Shown here: positions 1 through 9,953 of the stretch, one piece after another
Numbering within the stretch: the stretch's first letter is position 1
Layout of the letters: every line of letters begins with the position of its first letter
Assembly: GCA_964471155.1 (NCBI GenBank)
Contig: CAYYFX010000002.1
Span: forward strand, 9,852 to 73,851
DNA: 64,000 bases
Direction of reading: 5' to 3'
DNA from: an uncultured Gemmatimonadota bacterium
GTDB lineage: Bacteria; ARS69
Position numbers and translations under genes: made by a program
The notes under the pieces: model-generated
What the model saw: the letters and a program-made list of their open reading frames with translations, nothing else
What the model was told of the DNA's origin: nothing
Databases searched by the model: none

Positions 1-36
1 TCCACTTCATCGCGATCGGCCCGCGCTGACGGACCG

Positions 37-1266
37 CTAGGACTCCGGGGGCGGCGGCGGGTCGAACGCCATGGCCACCTGCGTGCCGTAGATCGGGTAG
101 TCGATGGCGCAACGGTAGCCGCGGAACGCGCGGTCGTCCCAGCCCAGCTTGCCGAAGACGTGGCGGAGCATCCCGGCGTAGCCCGGCACCTGCGCGTTGC
201 GGCCGGTCGCGGCGCCGCGCCCCAGGGGCTGGATCGTCTCCGCGACCTGCAGCCGATCGACGTCGCGCGCCGGGTCGTTCACGTTCGCCACGCCTTCGAG
301 CGCCGTGTCGTAGATGACGAGCTGCGGTTCCGAGCCGGGGTACACGTCCTCGTGGACGAACACATCGAAGAGCAGGGACTTCGCCGGAGCCGAGACCTCG
401 GCGAAGACGTTGCCCTTGCGGCCGGAACCCCGGGGGACGAAGCGGGGAATCTCGCGGAAGTTGACCTCCACGAGCACGAGGTCCACGGCGGAGCGGGGGC
501 CGAACCCGTCGCCGCCCAGCATGTAGTGCACCACGTCCCCGGCCTGCCGCACGTCCAGCGGCGCGGGCGGGGCCTCGCAGAACTCGTCCAGCCGCGCGTC
601 CTCGACGTGCGTGATGGGGCGCCCGTCCAGGTTCACCGGCTGCCGGGGACCGCCCTGTGGCGTCATGCGGCGCGTGGTCACCTTGGCGCTCACGCCCGGG
701 CGCAGTCGCTGGAAACCGAGCAGCCCGAAGACCCAGACCACGTCCAGGTTCTTCCCGTCGTCCGAGGGATGCAGCAGCACGCACGCCAGGTTGGTCTCCG
801 CCATCGTCCCGCGCAACTGGCTCATCGCCTTGAAGGCCGCCTGCTTCCGCCGCAGCTCGAAGTCCCGGCGCGTCTCCGGCAGCCACGCGCTGATCACGGC
901 GTCCAGGGAGCTGCGATCCCCGCCGTCCTGACGGATGAGCCGCTCGAAGCGGTCGACGGCCGCGCCGGCTCGCTTGGCCGCCTCGGGCGCCCCGCCGCTG
1001 CGGGCCACGGAGCGCACCAGGCGTCGCAAGGGCTCCGGACCCGGCGCGTGGAAGAGGACCGCGATGGGCTCCTTGACCCGGGCCGCCTTGAGCACCCGGC
1101 TCGTGAGGACCTTGTCCAACCCCAGGACCCGCGCCAGCTGCTGCGGGCCGCGGGGGGAGCCCGGGAGCCCCTCGAGCAGCTCACGCAAGCACTGGCCCAG
1201 TTCACGGCCCACGTCCGCCGCGCGCGCCTCCAGGCCGCTGGCCGTATCTCCTTCGTTTCGCGTCAC
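37..1266 (-). CDS. hypothetical protein (about 409 aa) with an HTH-like N-terminal segment (QQLARVLGLDKVLTSRVLK)
   Basis: ORF 37..1299 has a balanced, non-repetitive translation, unlike the overlapping frames. The GTG at 1266 follows a GAAGGGAAGGG purine tract. An alternative start at 1299 is possible. Confidence 0.7.
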   Translation of the reverse strand: MTRNEGDTASGLEARAADVGRELGQCLRELLEGLPGSPRGPQQLARVLGLDKVLTSRVLKAARVKEPIAVLFHAPGPEPLRRLVRSVARSGGAPEAAKRAGAAVDRFERLIRQDGGDRSSLDAVISAWLPETRRDFELRRKQAAFKAMSQLRGTMAETNLACVLLHPSDDGKNLDVVWVFGLLGFQRLRPGVSAKVTTRRMTPQGGPRQPVNLDGRPITHVEDARLDEFCEAPPAPLDVRQAGDVVHYMLGGDGFGPRSAVDLVLVEVNFREIPRFVPRGSGRKGNVFAEVSAPAKSLLFDVFVHEDVYPGSEPQLVIYDTALEGVANVNDPARDVDRLQVAETIQPLGRGAATGRNAQVPGYAGMLRHVFGKLGWDDRAFRGYRCAIDYPIYGTQVAMAFDPPPPPES

Positions 1267-1469
1267 TTGACCCTTCCCTTCGCCTCCGCCGGGGCACACG
1301 GCAACCGGCAGTATAGCGGACCCTCGGGGCGAGTACCAGACGATCCGGGTGATTTCCGGGGTGTTTCCAGGAAACTTCCTTGACCCCGTTCGACCGGCTG
1401 TCGGAGACTGCCTGGCGTCCGGGGTCCGCGGATCCGCGCGACCCCGCTTCCCCAGGAGGACGCAACACG

Positions 1470-2162
1470 ATGTCGAGAACCGGTGTGATCGCAGCGCTGC
1501 TCTGCTTCCCGGGCATGGCCCTCGCCGGGGGCGGGATCTTCCTCGATGGCTTCGAGGGCGGCACGAACCACGGCGGCTGGTACTACAACCACGGCGAGAC
1601 GCTGGAGTCCTCCGGCGGCACGCCCGGCTGGTGGCTGCACAACGACTTCATCGACAACTTCGCGCCGATCTTCCAGACCGACTGGAACGCGCCCTACTTC
1701 ACCGGCGACTTCCGGACGATGGGCGTGACGCACTTCTCCTTCGACGCGCGGCTCTTCGGCTACAGCGTGCCGATCGAGATGTCCATCCTCCTCCGGAACA
1801 CGCACGGGACGCCGGGGGACTTCGACGACGACGACTACGCCTACTACCCCGGCGCGCTCATCCCCGCGGGCGACGGGACGTGGACGCACTACGACTTCCC
1901 GATCCCCAGCCAGGACACCTCGGCGGTGCCGGCGGGATGGTCCGGCGGCTGGTCGGGAGACCTCGAGAACTTCCGCCCCGGCGTGGACTGGAACGACGTG
2001 GTCACGAACGTGGATCGCGTGGAGATCTGGTTCTGGCACCCGGCCTACTTCGGGCTCTTCACCGTGTGGGACGCGGGGCTGGACAACATCGCGATCACGA
2101 CGGACGGCACGGTGTCCGTCGAGCCCTCGACCTGGGCGGGGATCAAGGGCCTGTATCGCTGA
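1470..2162 (+). CDS. secreted hypothetical protein (230 aa), Trp/Gly/Asp-rich jelly-roll-like domain, ends TWAGIKGLYR
   Basis: ATG at 1470 lies 8-9 nt downstream of AGGAGGA. Signal peptide is MSRTGVIAALLCFPGMALAGG. It is in frame with ORF 1380..2162. Confidence 0.8.
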   Translation: MSRTGVIAALLCFPGMALAGGGIFLDGFEGGTNHGGWYYNHGETLESSGGTPGWWLHNDFIDNFAPIFQTDWNAPYFTGDFRTMGVTHFSFDARLFGYSVPIEMSILLRNTHGTPGDFDDDDYAYYPGALIPAGDGTWTHYDFPIPSQDTSAVPAGWSGGWSGDLENFRPGVDWNDVVTNVDRVEIWFWHPAYFGLFTVWDAGLDNIAITTDGTVSVEPSTWAGIKGLYR

Positions 2163-2194
2163 CCGGGCAGGACCGGCGGTCAGGCGCCGTCGTC

Positions 2195-2224
2195 GCGGCC
2201 ACCTTCGTCCTCGGAGGTGGCCGC
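2195..2224. terminator. GC-rich hairpin between convergent genes (GCGGCCACCT - 10 nt loop - AGGTGGCCGC)
   Basis: Perfect 10-bp inverted repeat lying between the stop at 2162 (+) and the stop at 2238 (-). There is no clear U-tract. Confidence 0.4.
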
Positions 2225-2237
2225 TTCCCTGTCGCGG

Positions 2238-5200
2238 CTAGCCCGCGCGCGGAAGCCCGTCCAGCGCCCGCCGCGCCTCCCCGTTCGACGGCTGCAGCAG
2301 GAGCACCTGCTCCCACGCCTGCCGCGCGCCGTCCACGTCCCCGAGAGCCAATCGCGCCTTCCCCAGTTCGAGGTGGGCGCGCCAGAAGTTCGGCCGCAGC
2401 TCGATCGCGGACTCGAACCACGGCGCGGCGTCGGCCCAGCGTCCCTCCTGCGCGTAGCTCACGCCCAGGTTGAACGACGCCCAGGGCTTGTCCGGCTCGA
2501 GCCGGTGCGCGGCCTCGAACTGCTCGCGCGCCTGCGGCAGCTCGTTCGTGTCCAGGTGCGAGCGGCCGAGGTTCGTGCGCGCCTCGTAGTTGTCCGGGTT
2601 CGCGCGCACCGCCGCGCGGTAGGCGTCGCGCGCCTCCGCCGCGCGGCCCGAGCGCTCGTGGCACACGCCCAGCAGCAGCAGCGCCCCGTCGTCCCGCGGG
2701 GTCTTCGCGAGCAGGGTGCGCAGGGTGGCCGCGGCGTCGTCCAGCCGGTCCTCGAGGAAGAGGCACTCGCCCAGGAGCCGCAGCGCCTCGACGGCGTCCG
2801 GCCGGACCGCCAGCACCTGCTCGAACTGGCCGCGCGCGGCCTCCAGCCGGCGCGCCGCCAGCAGCCGCCGGCCCGCCACGAGCGCCGCCTCCCAGTCGTC
2901 GGCGGCCGCGGGCGCGGTCTGCTCCAGCGCATCCACCGTCGCCTCCGCCCGCCGGAGGCTCCGCGTCGCCACGCCGTCGTCCGGGTCGATGGCCAGCGCC
3001 CGGCGGTACCAGCTCTGCGCGAGCGCCGCGTTCTCCGTCAACCAGGCCATGTGGCCGCGGATCACGCGGTCCGAGATCTCCATCCGCTCCCGGATCGCGG
3101 CGGTCACCATCGCCGTGTCCGCCCCGGCGGCCTCCAGGTTCACGATCCGGCGGAGCGGATCCGCGCGCACGGCGAGCATGTCGTCCATGTTCGCGCTGAG
3201 GTAGTTCAGCGTGATCCCGCGCCGCGCGATCCCGAACTCCAGGAGCGGCCGGTCGTCCGTGTTCAGGGGGATGCCCTCGGTCAGCTTCGCCACGCCGTCC
3301 CCGTCCAGCAGCAGGCAGGACGTGAGCTCCACGGGGTCGGGCACGCCGATCTCCTCCAGGTCCGCCCGCAGCCCCGGCTCCCGGTACGCCTCCATGAGCC
3401 GCGCGAAGTCGATCTCCACCGGCGCGTCCTTGCGCCCGAGGAGCAGCGCGTGCTGGGTCTGGTCCGCCCAGCCGAACCACACGGTCATCTCCGGGAACGC
3501 CTCGTGGAACGAGCGCAGGATCATCCGGAGGTCCCGCGGGCTCATGTCCAGCGGCAGCCAGCAGGACAGCACGCCCCCGGGGGAGAGCCGCTCGCGGCCC
3601 GCGCGGAAGTGGTCGTACGTGTACAGCGCCGATCCCGCGTGGCCCACGCCGGGGTACACGGAGTCCGTCATGATCGTGTCGTAGGTCTCGCCGGTGAGGC
3701 GGGTCCAGTTCTTCCCGTCCATGTAGACGATGTGCACCTCCGGGCGCTCGAAGGCGTTCCGGTTGATCGCGCCGAAGTGCCGCTGCGACATCGCCACGAT
3801 GTCCCGGCAGATCTCGATGCCCTGGATGTGCGGGATGTCGTACGAGGTCAGCACGCGAAGGGTCTCGCCCGTGCCGAACCCGATGTGCGCCACGCGCTGC
3901 GGGTGCCCGGTCATCAGCACCGGCAGGTGCGCCTGCAGCTTCTGCGTGATCCGCAGCATGAAGCTCGTGCCGGCCACGTCCACCCCGTCCACCGCGATGA
4001 GGTCGTAGTCCAGGTAGCGGTGGATCGTGACGGTGCCGGTGACGCCCTCGCGGAAGTCCACGAGGCGACTCTCGTCGTGGCCGATGTTGAACGTCCGCGC
4101 GAAGATGGCCGGATCCGTGCGGGCGATCCCGGCCACGGTGAGGCCGAGCACGGCGACGGCCGCGGGGATCCACACGCGGCGCCGGCCCGCGACCGAGAAC
4201 AGCAGCAGCCCGATCGCCACGTTCGCCCCGGCGGCGAGCGCGAAGGACCGCGCGGTGCCGAGCGTCGGGACGAGCACGAACCCGGCGAGCAGCGAGCCCG
4301 CGACGGCGCCGATCGTGTTGTAGAAGTACAGCCGGCCGATGGAGCGGGACGCGTCCTTCGTGGAGCGCACCAGCAGGCGGGTCACGAGCGGGAAGGTGGC
4401 GCCGAGGAGCAGCGTGGGCAGGAGCAGCGTGGACGCGGCCTGGAGGAAGCTGGCGCCGCGGTTGTGCAGCAGATCCCCGCCGCCCATGCGCAGGATCCCG
4501 AAGGCGTGGTGCGTGCGCGCCAGCTCCGCGAGCACGAGGACGGAGCCGACCACCGACAGCCCGACCGCGACCTCCACGATGCCGAAGGCGATCGCCGGAT
4601 TGCGCCACCGGTCCACGAACCGCGAGACGACGAAGCTGCCGAGCGCGAGGCCGACGAGGAACGTCCCCAGCATCACCGCGAAGGCGTGCGCGGAGGAGCC
4701 GAGGGTGAACACCAGGACGCGCGTGTACAGCACCTCGTAGGCGAGCGCGAGCGCCCCCGAGACGGCAAAGGCCGCGAGCACGACGCGGGAGGTGCCGGCG
4801 GACGAGCCGCCGGACGAGGCGGCCGGCGGTCCCGCCGCGGGCGCGGGGGCCGCCTCGCCCCGTTCCCCGGTGGCCTCCGGGATCCGCGAGCCCACCGCCA
4901 TCGCCAGGAGCCCGATGCCGACGTTCAGCGCGGCGGACAGGTACACGGAGCGGCTGACGCCGAGCACCTCGAGCAGGACGAACCCCGCGAGGATCGTCCC
5001 GATCACGGCGCCCAGCGTGTTCACGGCGTACAGGGCGCCGATGCGCCGTCCCACGTGGGGCAGCTCGCGCGCGGCGAACTTGCTCAGGACCGGAAGCGTG
5101 CCGCCCATCAGCGTGGTGGGCACGAGCACCATCAGGAACGACATCAGGAACCGGATGGTGATCAGCGGCACCGTGTTCTCCCCGAAGGTGCGGTGCACCC

Positions 5201-5504
5201 CGGCGTACACGGACTCGAGCGCGGCGAGCAGCCACGGGAAGGCGAACGCGAAGAGCCCGACGAGCAGCTCGAGAATGCCGTAGGCCCGGATCGGCCGGCC
5301 GATCCGCTCCCCCGCCCGACCCAGGAGGAGGCTGCCGAGCGCGAGACCGCCCATGAACGCGGCCAGGACCGTGCTCACGGCATGGGTCGTGTTGCCGAAC
5401 ACGACCCCGAACATCCGGACCCATGCGACCTGGTAGACGAGGCCGGTGAGGCCCGACACGAAGAAGAGGAGGTAGACGAGGGCGGTCAGCCGGCGCAGTG
5501 ACAT
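2238..5504 (-). CDS. fused polytopic membrane (MFS-like) / spermidine synthase-like methyltransferase-fold / TPR-repeat protein (1088 aa)
   Basis: N-terminus MSLRRLTALVYLLFFVSGLTGLVYQVAWVRMFG, followed by many TM helices. A central spermidine-synthase-like core is present (HIGFGTGETL...YDTIMTDSVYP). The C-terminal region carries several TPR repeats. Confidence 0.9.
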   Translation of the reverse strand: MSLRRLTALVYLLFFVSGLTGLVYQVAWVRMFGVVFGNTTHAVSTVLAAFMGGLALGSLLLGRAGERIGRPIRAYGILELLVGLFAFAFPWLLAALESVYAGVHRTFGENTVPLITIRFLMSFLMVLVPTTLMGGTLPVLSKFAARELPHVGRRIGALYAVNTLGAVIGTILAGFVLLEVLGVSRSVYLSAALNVGIGLLAMAVGSRIPEATGERGEAAPAPAAGPPAASSGGSSAGTSRVVLAAFAVSGALALAYEVLYTRVLVFTLGSSAHAFAVMLGTFLVGLALGSFVVSRFVDRWRNPAIAFGIVEVAVGLSVVGSVLVLAELARTHHAFGILRMGGGDLLHNRGASFLQAASTLLLPTLLLGATFPLVTRLLVRSTKDASRSIGRLYFYNTIGAVAGSLLAGFVLVPTLGTARSFALAAGANVAIGLLLFSVAGRRRVWIPAAVAVLGLTVAGIARTDPAIFARTFNIGHDESRLVDFREGVTGTVTIHRYLDYDLIAVDGVDVAGTSFMLRITQKLQAHLPVLMTGHPQRVAHIGFGTGETLRVLTSYDIPHIQGIEICRDIVAMSQRHFGAINRNAFERPEVHIVYMDGKNWTRLTGETYDTIMTDSVYPGVGHAGSALYTYDHFRAGRERLSPGGVLSCWLPLDMSPRDLRMILRSFHEAFPEMTVWFGWADQTQHALLLGRKDAPVEIDFARLMEAYREPGLRADLEEIGVPDPVELTSCLLLDGDGVAKLTEGIPLNTDDRPLLEFGIARRGITLNYLSANMDDMLAVRADPLRRIVNLEAAGADTAMVTAAIRERMEISDRVIRGHMAWLTENAALAQSWYRRALAIDPDDGVATRSLRRAEATVDALEQTAPAAADDWEAALVAGRRLLAARRLEAARGQFEQVLAVRPDAVEALRLLGECLFLEDRLDDAAATLRTLLAKTPRDDGALLLLGVCHERSGRAAEARDAYRAAVRANPDNYEARTNLGRSHLDTNELPQAREQFEAAHRLEPDKPWASFNLGVSYAQEGRWADAAPWFESAIELRPNFWRAHLELGKARLALGDVDGARQAWEQVLLLQPSNGEARRALDGLPRAG

Positions 5505-5816
5505 GGCACCGTGAACCTTATCATCGTGGTGATTCCAGGCACAACCGTCCGGGGGTGTGAGCGAGAGTCGCCAAGACCCGCCCCCGGGTGTGGCGCCGCC
5601 GTCCGGACGGCGGGAGCCGGCGGCTCACCGGCGAGAAGATCCGGAGGCACGGACCCTCGGGGGGGAAGCGCTCGACCCGTTTGCCGTGGCCGGGCCATGG
5701 GATACCTTGCGGAAGCGGACTCCGGTCGCGGAGTCCGGGAACGCACCCGCGAGCGCCGCCGCAACGGGGGGCGACGACCGCGTGGTTCCCTCGGCCCTCG
5801 AGCGGAAGAGGTCCCG

Positions 5817-8800
5817 GTGAAGCGCTTCCATCCCTCGCGCGCCGCCCGCGCGCGGTACGCCATCGAGTCCACCCTGTTCGCCACGAACGGGGATCTCGTC
5901 GTGGCGAACGGGCCGGCCGCGCGGCGGCTCGCGGCGCGCATGAACGCGGCGCGCGGGCGGGACGAGCCGCCCGTGAATGCGGGCGACCTCGCCGCGATGG
6001 GGCTGCTCCACGAGATCTTCCACCTCGTCGTCGAGCGGTACGAGGCGGACGTGCGTCCCGCGGCCCTCCGCGCCGCGCTCTCCCACCTCGACGAGCGGCT
6101 CGGCGCGGACTCCGCCCGGCTCCTGGACGCCTTCGGCCTCGAGTTCCCCGGCCCCGGACCGGAAGCCGAGCCGCGCGTCCACCGCCTCGAGGAGATGCTG
6201 CTGAACCGGGTGATGAACGAGAACCCCGCGGTCGGCCCGCTGCGGGAGCTGATCGACGACACGCCGCTGGCCGCCGCGGCGCGCTACCCGGACGCCCTCG
6301 CGACGCTGGACGCGTTCTTCGCCGTCCTGCCCCCCTTCGGCCCCGAGGGCGAGACGCTGCTCGAGCTGCTCCGGGCCCCCGCCCGGCACGCGCCGGGGTC
6401 CCTCGCCGAGCAGCTCCGCTACGTCCGCGAGCACTGGCTCGGGATCCTCGGCGCCGCGCTCGAGCGGCTGCTGCGGCGCATCGACGTGGCGCTCGGCGTG
6501 CTCGCGGAGGAGGCGCGCGGGCGCTGGATGCGCTTCCAGGGTCCCGGACCGGGCGACGCCGGCGTCCACGCCCCGTCCTTCGCGGGCCTGGACGAGGAGC
6601 CGGAGCGCTTCAGCGCCGACCTGGACTGGATGCCGCGGCTCGTCCTGATCGCGAAGAGCACCTACGTGTGGTTGCACCAGCTCTCGCGCCGGTACGGGCG
6701 GGACATCCGCACGCTGGACGCGATCCCGGATCCGGAGCTGGACCAGCTCGCGCGCTGGGGCGTCACGGGGCTCTGGCTGATCGGCGTGTGGGAGCGGAGC
6801 CCGGCGTCCGAGCGCATCAAGCGCATGATGGGCAACCCGGACGCCGCAGCGTCCGCCTACTCCCTGCTGGACTACCGGATCGCCGCGGACCTCGGCGGCG
6901 AGGCGGCGCTGGCCGACCTGCGCGAGCGGGCGTGGCGGCGCGGCCTCCGCATGGCCGCGGACATGGTGCCGAACCACGTGGGCATCGACTCGCGCTGGGT
7001 GGTGCAGCACCCGGACTGGTTCCTGTCGCTGCGCGAGAGCCCGTATCCGGCGTACTCCTTCACCGGCGCGGACCTGTCCAACGACGAGCGCGTCGGCATC
7101 CGGATCGAGGACCACTACTGGGACCACTCGGACGCGGCCGTGGTGTTCCAGCGCGTGGACCGCTGGACGGGGGACGTGCGCTACATCTACCACGGCAACG
7201 ACGGCACCTCGGTCCCGTGGAACGACACGGCGCAACTGGACTACCGGCGCGCGGACGCCCGCGAGGCCGTGATCCGGACGATCCTGCACGTCGCCCGGCA
7301 GTTCCCGGTCATCCGCTTCGACGCGGCCATGACGCTCACGAAGCGCCACATCCAGCGCCTCTGGTTCCCGCTGCCGGGCAGCGGGGACGCCGTCCCCTCC
7401 CGCGCGGAGCACGGGCTCACGAAGGAGGAATTCGACGCGGCCATGCCCGTGGAGTTCTGGCGCGAGGTGGTGGACCGCGTGGCCGCGGAGGCGCCGGACA
7501 CGCTGCTGCTGGCCGAGGCGTTCTGGATGCTGGAGGGCTACTTCGTGCGCACGCTGGGCATGCACCGCGTGTACAACAGCGCGTTCATGCACATGCTCCG
7601 CGACGAGGACAACGCCGGCTACCGCCGCGTGCTGAAGGACACGCTGGAGTTCGACCCGGAGATCCTCAAGCGCTACGTGAACTTCATGAGCAACCCGGAC
7701 GAACGGATAGCGGTGGAGCAGTTCGGGAAGGGCGACAAGTACTTCGGCGTGTGCACCCTGATGGCCACGCTGCCGGGGCTGCCCATGTTCGGGCACGGAC
7801 AGATCGAGGGCTTCGCCGAGAAGTACGGCATGGAGTACCGCCGCCCGCGGCAGGACGAGGTCGCGGACGAGGGGTTGGTGCGCTGCCACGAGCAGCGGAT
7901 CTTCCCGCTGCTGCACCGGCGCGCGCTGTTCGCCGAGGCGCGCCACTTCCTGCTGTACGACGTCTCCACCGGCGACGGCGGCGTGAACGAGGACGTCTTC
8001 GCCTTCTCGAACCGGCGGGGCGGCGAACGCGCGCTCGTCGTGTACCACAACCGCTTCGCGAGCGCGCAGGGCTGGATCCGGAGCTCGGCCGCGTACGCGA
8101 CGAAGGACGGCGAGGGCGGCGCGAAGGTGCTGCGGCAGCGCACGCTGGGCGAGGGGCTCGGGCTGTCCGCGGAGGAGGGGCGCTGGGTCGTCTTCCGCGA
8201 CGCGGTGGCGGGGCTCGAGTACCTGCGGGAGTCGCGGAAGCTCGTGGAGGAGGGGCTGTGGGTGGACCTCGGCGCGTACGCGTGCCACGTGTTCCTGGAC
8301 TTCCGCGAACTCGTGGACGGTCCCACCGGGCAGATCCGGCGGCTGGCCGAACGCCTCGGCGGCGCGGGCGTCGCGTCCGTGGAGGACGCGCTGCGGGAGC
8401 TGCAGCTCGAGCCGGTGCACCGCCCGCTGCTCGCGCTGCTGCAGGCGACGGCGACGTCCGCGGTGCGCGAACGCTACGAGGAGTTCCTGGACGCGCTCGC
8501 CGGCGCGACCGGGGTGGCGCGGGACGAGCCGGCGCGGCGCGGGATCGTGGACGCGGCGTGCGCGGACCTGCCGGCGACGGGCGGCGATCCGGTCCTTCGC
8601 GCCTGGTCGCTCCTGCGCCGTATGGGGCGCCTGGCCGACCCGCGCGCCGCGGCGCCGGCGGCGGCGCGCACGAGCCTCGCGTGGTTCGACGAGCTGCGCA
8701 TGCAGCCCGTCGTCGCGCGCGCGCTCGGGGACGGCGGCCCGGTCCGCCTCCTCCTCGCCCTGCCCGGCATCGCATCCCTCGACGGCCCGCGCCGTCGCCC

Positions 8801-9086
8801 CCAGCGCCTGTGCGCGCTCTGGCTCGCGGACGGCGACGTGCGCGCCGCCCTGCGCGTCAACCGCTGGGACGGCGCGGAGTGGTTCCACCGCGAGAGCTTC
8901 GAGGAGCTCACGCGGTGGCTCGCGCGCGCGGACGCGATCGAGCGCGGGCAGGCCGCGCAGGCGGAAGCCCTGCGGGTCGCGCGGGCGATGCGGCGCGCGG
9001 CCGCGGCGGCGGGCTACCGCGTGGACCGGCTGGTCCACTGGGCGGCCCGCTCGGAGGCGCGCGCGGAGCGCCCGGTCCGTTCCTGA
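5817..9086 (+). CDS. alpha-amylase family (GH13-like) glycosyl hydrolase, large ~1090 aa form
   Basis: GH13-like regions are present: DMVPNHVG, IRFDAAMTL, LLLAEAFW, YVNFMSNPDE. The GTG at 5817 (VKRFHPSRAARARY) follows GGAAGAGG. The upstream part of ORF 5511..9086 looks non-coding; an alternative ATG lies at 5697. Confidence 0.85.
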   Translation: MKRFHPSRAARARYAIESTLFATNGDLVVANGPAARRLAARMNAARGRDEPPVNAGDLAAMGLLHEIFHLVVERYEADVRPAALRAALSHLDERLGADSARLLDAFGLEFPGPGPEAEPRVHRLEEMLLNRVMNENPAVGPLRELIDDTPLAAAARYPDALATLDAFFAVLPPFGPEGETLLELLRAPARHAPGSLAEQLRYVREHWLGILGAALERLLRRIDVALGVLAEEARGRWMRFQGPGPGDAGVHAPSFAGLDEEPERFSADLDWMPRLVLIAKSTYVWLHQLSRRYGRDIRTLDAIPDPELDQLARWGVTGLWLIGVWERSPASERIKRMMGNPDAAASAYSLLDYRIAADLGGEAALADLRERAWRRGLRMAADMVPNHVGIDSRWVVQHPDWFLSLRESPYPAYSFTGADLSNDERVGIRIEDHYWDHSDAAVVFQRVDRWTGDVRYIYHGNDGTSVPWNDTAQLDYRRADAREAVIRTILHVARQFPVIRFDAAMTLTKRHIQRLWFPLPGSGDAVPSRAEHGLTKEEFDAAMPVEFWREVVDRVAAEAPDTLLLAEAFWMLEGYFVRTLGMHRVYNSAFMHMLRDEDNAGYRRVLKDTLEFDPEILKRYVNFMSNPDERIAVEQFGKGDKYFGVCTLMATLPGLPMFGHGQIEGFAEKYGMEYRRPRQDEVADEGLVRCHEQRIFPLLHRRALFAEARHFLLYDVSTGDGGVNEDVFAFSNRRGGERALVVYHNRFASAQGWIRSSAAYATKDGEGGAKVLRQRTLGEGLGLSAEEGRWVVFRDAVAGLEYLRESRKLVEEGLWVDLGAYACHVFLDFRELVDGPTGQIRRLAERLGGAGVASVEDALRELQLEPVHRPLLALLQATATSAVRERYEEFLDALAGATGVARDEPARRGIVDAACADLPATGGDPVLRAWSLLRRMGRLADPRAAAPAAARTSLAWFDELRMQPVVARALGDGGPVRLLLALPGIASLDGPRRRPQRLCALWLADGDVRAALRVNRWDGAEWFHRESFEELTRWLARADAIERGQAAQAEALRVARAMRRAAAAAGYRVDRLVHWAARSEARAERPVRS

Positions 9087-9248
9087 GGCGGCGGATCCGG
9101 CCCGGCCCGGGACCGACGCGGGTTCGGCGGGACGCCCGGCGGAACCGGGACCGTCCGGGACGGCCCTGGGTCCGCCCGGACTCCGTTCGGGCCCTGCGGG
9201 GAAACAAACGGGGCCCTCGGGACGTCTCAAGCCTCAGGAGGACGGGAG

Positions 9249-9470
9249 ATGTCACGGATCGAGATGGACCATCCCCACGTCCCGGGGCACGGGATCGCGG
9301 GGACGCTTGCCGCGCTGGACTTCGCGAAGCGGCTGACCGCCGCGCACGGGCGGGCCTCCGGGGACGACATCGCACGGCTGCGTGCCGCGGGGTTCAGCGA
9401 GCACGAGATCGGGGAGATCGTGTCGGCCGTGCGCACCGGACACCGCGGACCCGCGGCGCCGGGGCGCTGA
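9249..9470 (+). pseudogene. carboxymuconolactone decarboxylase/AhpD-family C-terminal fragment (73 aa)
   Basis: LDFAKRLT...DDIARLRAAGFSEHEIGEIV matches the C-terminal helices of CMD/AhpD-like proteins. The CxxC-bearing part is absent and the tail (AVRTGHRGPAAPGR) is atypical. A strong GGAGGA RBS lies about 7 nt upstream of the ATG. Confidence 0.4.
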
Positions 9471-9491
9471 GCCGCCGCTGAACCGCCGGCC

Positions 9492-9953
9492 TCAGCCGCC
9501 GAACTGGCGCAGGTGGTGATCCAGGTGGAGGTAGGCCCACCGGAGCCACTCGGGCCCCGACATGGGCCCGAACACGGGGTGCTCGGGCCATGCCCGCGTG
9601 CCGGAGCGCGCCGCGACGCGGCGCACGAGCGCCAGCACCTCGGCCACGTCCGCATCGAAGCTCGACGGCGCCGTGCCGCCCGCGCCCGGATCCAGTTCGG
9701 GACTGGTGCGGATCCTCCCGCGCGGCCATCGCACGGGGACGAACAGGACCAGCCACTTCCATGCCGTCCGCCCGAAGGGGCCGCCCACGCGGGACACCGC
9801 GCGGGCGCCGAGGGCCATGCGGAGCGCGTCGGCCACGTGACACATCATCCCGTGCGGCGTCATGGTGCCCCACCGGCGCGGCGCGTCCGCGCGCACCGCC
9901 CGCACGCGACGCAGGATCTCCTCGACGTCCGCGGCATCGGCCAGCGACTTCAT
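9492..9953 (-). CDS. DinB-like / DUF1569 family protein (153 aa)
   Basis: The translation from MKSLADAADVEEILRRV to HPVFGPMSGPEWLRWAYLHLDHHLRQFGG is typical of DUF1569/DinB four-helix-bundle proteins. Its ATG overlaps the stop of the upstream kinase gene (ATGA). Confidence 0.8.
   Translation of the reverse strand: MKSLADAADVEEILRRVRAVRADAPRRWGTMTPHGMMCHVADALRMALGARAVSRVGGPFGRTAWKWLVLFVPVRWPRGRIRTSPELDPGAGGTAPSSFDADVAEVLALVRRVAARSGTRAWPEHPVFGPMSGPEWLRWAYLHLDHHLRQFGG

Noticed and set aside
1-27. A plus-strand frame ending …HFIAIGPR* at the window start, possibly the 3' end of an upstream gene.
   Set aside because: Only 8 codons are visible, so it cannot be supported.
1363-1375. The palindrome GTTTCC-A-GGAAAC in the divergent intergenic region between the 37..1266 and 1470..2162 genes.
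   Set aside because: It is a short 6-1-6 palindrome that could arise by chance. No cognate regulator or second copy was seen in the window, so it was not promoted to a feature.
2143-9481. Very long ORFs overlapping real genes in other frames or on the other strand (for example 2143..5424 -, 2217..5501 +, 5588..9481 +, 5625..9230 -).
   Set aside because: Their translations are dominated by Arg/Pro/Gly/Ala runs with no hydrophobic-core periodicity or recognisable motifs. This is the expected artefact of stop-codon depletion in roughly 70% GC DNA. A protein-like frame explains each region.
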